DNA of 41,027 nucleotides from Candidatus Bathyarchaeota archaeon. GTDB taxonomy: Archaea > Thermoproteota > Bathyarchaeia > Bathyarchaeales > Bathyarchaeaceae. The position numbers and the translations under genes are program-made. The stretch spans positions 920,463 through 961,489 of the forward strand of contig CP070791.1 in the NCBI GenBank assembly GCA_020346825.1, given 5' to 3'. Every line of letters begins with the position of its first letter. Position 1 is the stretch's first letter. The notes beneath the pieces are model-generated. The model did no database searches, was not told the origin of the DNA, and was given only the letters and a program-made list of their open reading frames with translations. Shown here piece after piece: positions 36,300-41,027 of this stretch.

Positions 36300-37193
36300 A
36301 TGCAAAGCCCTATCTTTTCAGTGATAACAACAGGAAAGGGAGAAAAAGACAGGAAGGCCCTTGAAGAAGCGTTTGGCAACTGGGAAATCGCAAAAAAGGT
36401 TTTCGAAGGAGAAAGTGGGAAGAGCAAAGCAATCGAATTCATAGTTGTCGATGCCGGAGAAAACGCGGAATTTCCCGAAATAAAAGACTCGACAACGATT
36501 TCTCCAAAAGAATATGACACGTATAGAAGCGGACTTTGGAACTCTGGGGTCATCAAATATTCATGGTGGGACTCTCCCGCAATAGGACGAAATCTGGGTT
36601 TTAGGCATGCAAAAGGACGAATAATCGTCTTTCACGACATCGACTCTCTTTTTTCCACAGGAACCGAAATTGATGATGACTACTTGTTCTCTGAACTAGA
36701 TGAATATGATAATTATTTCAAAATGATGTATTACGCATTTAGAAGGAAAGACGTTGTTGCTACGGTTCCGTCTTTGAGACCGCGAGATCGTCTTAATTTG
36801 GGAAGAAGATTCGGAATTATGGGATTAAACTTCCTGACTCGCCTTTCCCTCAAATTTCCAACAATCAAAATATATGGCATCCCGGTAGTTGGACCAAGCG
36901 TTCCCGGATGCAGCATAGCCCTGTCATCCGATGTTGTCCGCAAAATGTCAAATAATGGAAGTGGACCCTACGATCCCGAGTTGGGAGTCGCAGAAGATCA
37001 AAAAATCTCAAGGTTAACAGCAACATTTGGACGGGTTTCCTACGAAAAAAAGGCGGGGGTCTTCACGAGAACTCAGAACAGGGTTAGCGGCGGTTTTGAC
37101 ATTGCGAAGTCTCTGGGATACGCGTTTAAAGGAGCGACCTATTACATGTTTCCTGATCTCTTCAAGTACCACAGACACTCCCTAACCATCTGA
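36300..37193 (+). CDS. GT-A fold (family 2-like) glycosyltransferase, divergent
   Basis: 297 aa: FSVITT start, EFIVVDAG, AIGRNLGFRHAKGRIIVFHDIDSLF (a DxD-like DID). Confidence 0.55.
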   Translation: MQSPIFSVITTGKGEKDRKALEEAFGNWEIAKKVFEGESGKSKAIEFIVVDAGENAEFPEIKDSTTISPKEYDTYRSGLWNSGVIKYSWWDSPAIGRNLGFRHAKGRIIVFHDIDSLFSTGTEIDDDYLFSELDEYDNYFKMMYYAFRRKDVVATVPSLRPRDRLNLGRRFGIMGLNFLTRLSLKFPTIKIYGIPVVGPSVPGCSIALSSDVVRKMSNNGSGPYDPELGVAEDQKISRLTATFGRVSYEKKAGVFTRTQNRVSGGFDIAKSLGYAFKGATYYMFPDLFKYHRHSLTI

Positions 37194-37306
37194 CGGATGG
37201 TTCACACAAGAAACAATTATTATTCTTGCAACTATTTCTTCAGCTATGCAGTGGATTATAAATACTCAGTTGAATCAAATGACTTAGATGAATTTAGGTG
37301 AAAAAG

Positions 37307-37669
37307 ATGCCTTATTGCCCGAAATGTGGTGCAGAAGTTAGCGAAGAAATGAGATTTTGCACAAAATGCGGTGCAACCCTAGGGCTCCTATCTCCACGAG
37401 AGCTGAGGGAAAAGGAGGAAAAACATGAGAAACGGGAGAAATCCGAAAAGGTGGAGAAACATGAAAAAGGAGAGTATGGTTACCTCGGCCCGTTGATAGG
37501 TGGTCTAGTCTTGGTAGTTATGGGTTTAATGGCTTATCTACATGCAATTAGTCCTACATATGCTCGCAGCTGGGGGGCCGTCCTTCTCATAGTAGTTGGG
37601 GTAATTATCGTTGTCGTTGCGATTAATGCCGCGAAGACTGCTGCTAAGCGAAGTCCCAAGCCTCCATAG
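37307..37669 (+). CDS. Zinc-ribbon membrane protein with EKHEK low-complexity linker
   Basis: MPYCPKCGAEVSEEMRFCTKCGA zinc ribbon, then KEEKHEKREKSEKVEKHEKGE, then two TM helices. ATG 37307 follows AGGTGA at 5-nt spacing. The track's GTG 37298 lies inside that SD. Confidence 0.7.
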   Translation: MPYCPKCGAEVSEEMRFCTKCGATLGLLSPRELREKEEKHEKREKSEKVEKHEKGEYGYLGPLIGGLVLVVMGLMAYLHAISPTYARSWGAVLLIVVGVIIVVVAINAAKTAAKRSPKPP

Positions 37670-37678
37670 TCTTCGGCT

Positions 37679-38818
37679 CTAGAGAAACCATCCTAATAGA
37701 AGTCTGTACAGCTTGTGCTCTAGGATGGTTAAGGTTTTGGCTCTTCCGAAGACGCGGAAATAATTGTGTCCCATGGCTTCAATCATATCTCCGATGTCGT
37801 ATCTGGGAAAAAGACAAGATGAGATGATGAGTCTCCCCCATTCGCCTCTCTTGAGTTCATAGAGCATTTTCATGTCTTTGCTCGTTTCCACCTCGAAATA
37901 ATACTTGTCATAGTTTGGAGTGATGTAAGGCAAATCATCGAGTTGTTGCGCGAAGACACCCTCAGTAGCACTATACATTTCAACTATTGGAATCTCGCCG
38001 AAGTGTTTTCTGAGGATGGGGCCATACTTGAATTGTATCTTTCGGACACTAGTACATATTAGTGCGCGAAATTTCCACAGTTCCTTGGGTTCTCTTCCAT
38101 ACCTCTTCTTAAGGTATCTGCCGAAGGACAAGATAACTGGAGTAACGCCTATGGCAGCAACTACCGGCTCATTTAATGCCCGCTCATGAACAAGGTCAAA
38201 CCTCCTTTCCCAATCTGGTTTTGTGATTCCAGGGCCGAGAGCATCAATCTCTTCCTGTCGTGGTAGGAGACTAACTTGATTCAAAATAGGGTTGAGTTTT
38301 GCGTAGGTTCCTGAACTGTATCCGTAAGTAATCTTACATCCATCTGAGTCTATTGTGGACACCATTGAAGGGAAGTTGAGGTTTAACATCTTCCCAGTTA
38401 AAATCTCCAAGTCATCTTTTCTTAAGGCGTGGTTGACAAGTGCCCGAGCCCCACAGACAAAGATTTGCTCAATGTGCGTCTTCGTGACAGGGAAAACTTT
38501 GGCTTGACCAGTAGAGCCTCGCGTCATAACCCAGCATACCGGTGGTTCAGACAGGATAATTGTCTCGTTACCTCTTTGAACTTCTTCAAAGTATGGAACT
38601 AGTCCTTTGTAATTCACCTTTGGGAAGTTCTTACGAAAATCAGCAGCTCCTTCGACGTTGAAGGCACCATGGTTCTTTCCGTATAGGGTCTTTGCATACC
38701 CTTCAACTAGATTCTTTAGAACTTTCTGTTGTGCTTCAGCTGGATTCTGCAAGGCTTCATACCAAGGACTAACTATTTCCTGCAAGAAGCTTGCGCCAGT
38801 TCTCGCTGATAGGTTCAT
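37679..38818 (-). CDS. GH3-like/ANL-superfamily adenylate-forming enzyme, N-terminal domain only
   Basis: 379 aa. GH3-like N-terminus (NPAEAQQKVLKNLV...FRKNFPKVNYKGLVPYFEEV), motif I TRGSTGQAKVFPVT, motif II YSATEG, motif III PRYDIGD. It ends about 30 aa after motif III. Confidence 0.6.
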   Translation of the reverse strand: MNLSARTGASFLQEIVSPWYEALQNPAEAQQKVLKNLVEGYAKTLYGKNHGAFNVEGAADFRKNFPKVNYKGLVPYFEEVQRGNETIILSEPPVCWVMTRGSTGQAKVFPVTKTHIEQIFVCGARALVNHALRKDDLEILTGKMLNLNFPSMVSTIDSDGCKITYGYSSGTYAKLNPILNQVSLLPRQEEIDALGPGITKPDWERRFDLVHERALNEPVVAAIGVTPVILSFGRYLKKRYGREPKELWKFRALICTSVRKIQFKYGPILRKHFGEIPIVEMYSATEGVFAQQLDDLPYITPNYDKYYFEVETSKDMKMLYELKRGEWGRLIISSCLFPRYDIGDMIEAMGHNYFRVFGRAKTLTILEHKLYRLLLGWFL

Positions 38819-38921
38819 AAATAGTCACAGAGAGAGGGTGATCAGAGCCTAGTTTCGAAACTAATCCTTAAAACTATTATGACCTGTAGTAAATACCTAC
38901 GCGGGTGGGAGGTGCAAGACC

Positions 38922-39815
38922 TTGAGGTTTGTTCGTTATCTTCACTTAGGTGTTGAATCGTTTGGTCTCCGTGTTGGTGACGAAGTCACTGATCTTCAGA
39001 CTCTGGCCAGTGGGATCCTAGAGACTTCATTTCCATCCACCATGGAAGAATTGATAGGACTCGGTGAAGAAGGCACGCGAACGGTGGAACTATTGGTACG
39101 TGATTCCACAAGAATTGAAAAAAGAAATGCAGCTCTGAAGATTGTGAATACACCCTTGCTAGCCCCAGTATCTTCTCCTCCCAAGATTATCTGTCTAGGC
39201 TTGAACTACAGAGACCACGCAGAAGAGATTGGAACTGACCTACCTGACGAACCGATAATTTTCATGAAACCTAGAACAGCTATCGTCGGTCCAGATGAAC
39301 CCATAATTCAACCAAAATTCGTGAAGGAACTAGACTATGAGGCAGAACTAGCCATTATAATAGGGAAAAAAGGCAAAAACATCCCAGTTTTGGAGGCCAA
39401 GAAATACGTTTTTGGATATACTGCCTTCAACGACGTCTCCGCCCGTGAAATTCAATTCAAGGATAGACAGTGGACGAGAGGCAAGAGCTTCGACACCTTT
39501 GCACCAATCGGACCCTGCATCACAACTCCTGACCAGATTGGAGACGTTGGCAACCTAAGAATTCGCACCAGAGTAAACAGGGGATTAAGGCAAGATTCCT
39601 CAACGAAAAACATGGTTTTCAACGTTCACGAAGTGGTACATCACATAAGCCGTGTTATGACACTGGAACCCTGCGACGTAATCGCTACTGGAACGCCTGC
39701 AGGAGTTGCAGTGTTCATGAAGCCCACGCCAAAATTTCTCTTACCCGGTGATCTGGTTGAGGTAGAAATAGAGAATATCGGGACTCTTAGAAACAAAGTG
39801 GCAAGAGGGGCATGA
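38922..39815 (+). CDS. Fumarylacetoacetate hydrolase (FAH) family protein
   Basis: 297 aa: KIICLGLNYRDHAEE, IIFMKP, DYEAELAIIIGK, GYTAFNDVSAR, GKSFDTFAPIGP. TTG start 7 nt after GGGAGGTG. Confidence 0.88.
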   Translation: MRFVRYLHLGVESFGLRVGDEVTDLQTLASGILETSFPSTMEELIGLGEEGTRTVELLVRDSTRIEKRNAALKIVNTPLLAPVSSPPKIICLGLNYRDHAEEIGTDLPDEPIIFMKPRTAIVGPDEPIIQPKFVKELDYEAELAIIIGKKGKNIPVLEAKKYVFGYTAFNDVSAREIQFKDRQWTRGKSFDTFAPIGPCITTPDQIGDVGNLRIRTRVNRGLRQDSSTKNMVFNVHEVVHHISRVMTLEPCDVIATGTPAGVAVFMKPTPKFLLPGDLVEVEIENIGTLRNKVARGA

Positions 39816-39829
39816 TAAGCGTATAGTTT

Positions 39830-39935
39830 TGGTGCGGCGGGTGGGATTCGAACCCACGAACCCCTACGGGAAAGGATCTTGAGTCCTTCGCCTAATGTCG
39901 CCTTTCAAGCTTTGACCTGGCTTGGCTACCGCCGC
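39830..39935 (-). tRNA. tRNA-Leu (anticodon CAA) with encoded CCA and a putative 18-nt non-canonical intron in the D-arm
   Basis: The minus strand reads GCGGCGG-TA-GCC-AAGCCAGGTCAAA-G[CTTGAAAGGCGACATTAG]GC-G-AAGGA-CTCAAGA-TCCTT-TCCCGTAGGGGTTC-GTGGG-TTCGAAT-CCCAC-CCGCCGC-A-CCA. The acceptor stem is a perfect 7 bp, the anticodon and T stems are 5 bp each, and the long variable arm is class II. The cloverleaf closes only if the bracketed 18 nt are removed. Confidence 0.8.
39892..39909 (-). other. Putative tRNA intron at about position 22/23 or 23/24 of tRNA-Leu
   Basis: Removing these 18 nt restores the D-stem GCC/GGC and an 88-nt mature tRNA including CCA. The boundary is ambiguous by 1 nt because of flanking G residues. 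I could not fold a convincing bulge-helix-bulge by eye. Confidence 0.5.
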
Positions 39936-39995
39936 CCAACTGTTCCAAATTGAATAGTGATAATTTAAGGCTTACTTACCTACATGCTTCTTTCT

Positions 39996-40670
39996 CTATT
40001 GAATGGTTGTCCCAACTTTCTCTCCCTTCAGCGCCAACAAAACATTCGTTGGTCTGAATCCGTTTACTACCACAACTTTCGTTCTTCCTTTCTGAAGAAT
40101 CTTGACGGCTTCGGGGTCAAGAATCTGATGAATCCCTGCTTTATGTTTGTTCTTTTCAAAAAGATGCACTAGATCCTTGAATTTCAACTCTTCAATCTTT
40201 CTTGCGTCGGGATATTTCTTCGGATCTTTAGTATATACACCATCCATGTCCGAGGTTTTTATCAACATGTCGGCGTCCATCCTTTCACTAATCATTGCTG
40301 CCACTGTGTCCGTAGTCATTCCAGGCTTCAAACCACCCATAACGACGATCTTTTTGCGTTTCAAATAAGCAATGGCTTCGTCCAAAGAAACGGGTATGGT
40401 TTCACAAGCAACTTCGCCTAAACGCATTGCAAACAATTGAGCAAACAAACGCGAAACGTGAATTGCAGCCCAATCTCTTTTAGGTTCATCCAAGCCCAAC
40501 TCCCCCGCAATTCTGATAAATTCGCGGGCTAGGGTGCCGCCGCCAACAATGGCAACAATATCATGCCCCTGATCCTTAAGAACCTTCAGCAAATCAACAT
40601 ACTTGCCGATAAGAGATGGATTGGGAGGAGAAGCCACCACAGAACCCCCTACACGAATTACAACCCTCAC
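39996..40670 (-). CDS. pyrH: UMP kinase, archaeal type (amino-acid kinase fold)
   Basis: 224 aa: MRVVIRVGGSVV, IVGGGTLAREF, GGLKPGMTTD, DGVYTKDP. GTG start. Confidence 0.85.
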   Translation of the reverse strand: MRVVIRVGGSVVASPPNPSLIGKYVDLLKVLKDQGHDIVAIVGGGTLAREFIRIAGELGLDEPKRDWAAIHVSRLFAQLFAMRLGEVACETIPVSLDEAIAYLKRKKIVVMGGLKPGMTTDTVAAMISERMDADMLIKTSDMDGVYTKDPKKYPDARKIEELKFKDLVHLFEKNKHKAGIHQILDPEAVKILQKGRTKVVVVNGFRPTNVLLALKGEKVGTTIQ

Positions 40671-40821
40671 TTGGAAAGGCTCCCACTTTTATGTTCACAA
40701 CGATTCACAATATAACTTCTCTCTACCCCACCACCGGATTCAAATGGCTTATAATGGTTCTCCACAATACTCTGATCTAATGACAAGTAAGTTGACTTCA
40801 AAATCTTCTTGGTGAAAAATC

Positions 40822-41027
40822 ATGGCTGAGGTTGAACTTGTTTTCTTGGGGACAGGCGGTGGAAGATTCGCTACCATAACTCAGAAACGGAGAACTGGAG
40901 GAATCCGTTTCCTGTCTAGAAACCTTAACATGCATCTAGACCCTGGTCCCGGTGCCCTTATCTACTCTCTAGAAATGGGGTTGACCCCCCAGAAAATCAA
41001 GGCGGTGCTGGTTTCCCACGGTCACCC
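40822..41027 (+). CDS. Metallo-beta-lactamase-fold hydrolase (partial; continues past the window end)
   Basis: My translation from ATG 40822 gives MAEVELVFLGTGGGRFATITQKRRTGGIRFL...HLDPGPGAL...KIKAVLVSHGH, which ends at the start of the HxHxDH motif. Confidence 0.7.
   Translation, partial: MAEVELVFLGTGGGRFATITQKRRTGGIRFLSRNLNMHLDPGPGALIYSLEMGLTPQKIKAVLVSHGH

Noticed and set aside
36098-36556. 152-aa minus-strand ORF overlapping the TrmO start and the glycosyltransferase start
   Set aside because: It overlaps two better-supported genes and has no motifs. The plus-strand GT-A reading (IVVDAG, DID) explains the region.
37408-37470. EKHEK-type tandem repeat inside the Zn-ribbon membrane protein
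   Set aside because: It is a short, imperfect, low-complexity charged linker (GAAAA/GAGAA-rich DNA). It is a common feature of such linkers and not an independent element.
1-41027. CRISPR arrays, transposases, integrases, toxin-antitoxin pairs or known defence-system genes
   Set aside because: No regularly spaced direct repeats were seen, and no ORF has recombinase, Cas or defence hallmark motifs. The ParB-fold protein stands alone, without the partners expected of DNA-modification defence systems.

Overview
The window is an archaeal chromosomal segment of about 43% GC. Gene content points to a TACK/Thermoproteota-like lineage such as Bathyarchaeia, but that placement is inference only. All calls come from reading the supplied translations, plus my own translation of two genes missing from the ORF track. 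No homology search was run.

Most of the window is densely packed housekeeping genes on the minus strand:
- A truncated family-B DNA polymerase, an RsmB/NOP2 m5C methyltransferase, agmatinase, and two tandem MoeA paralogs.
- aIF5B, adenylate kinase, and the L24e-S28e-L7Ae cluster.
- GluRS followed by a contiguous isoprenoid block: GGPP synthase, IDI type 2, IPK, AcnX small and large subunits, a UbiD-family decarboxylase and mevalonate kinase. This is the lower half of the archaeal trans-anhydromevalonate-phosphate mevalonate pathway.
- A Memo-family gene, then the classic S2-enolase-RpoN-S9-L13-L18e-RpoD-S11-S4-S13 array.

Two regions are less ordinary:
1. 7.6-13.8 kb holds a type IV pilus-like operon: a FlaI/TadA-type ATPase, a platform protein split into two single-domain genes, and one class-III-signal pilin. 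It sits next to a divergently transcribed multi-zinc-ribbon protein and an arginine-rich membrane protein.
2. 33.05-39.8 kb begins with about 700 bp of non-coding DNA rich in palindromic alternating purine/pyrimidine tracts. It continues with mixed-orientation, poorly characterised genes: a ParB/Srx-fold protein, TrmO, a GT-A glycosyltransferase, a Zn-ribbon membrane protein, a C-terminally truncated GH3-like enzyme and a FAH-family hydrolase. It ends at a tRNA-Leu(CAA) that appears to carry a non-canonical D-arm intron.

rpoN has no ATG, GTG or TTG start available and apparently initiates at ATA. I saw no CRISPR array, integrase, transposase or recognisable defence system.
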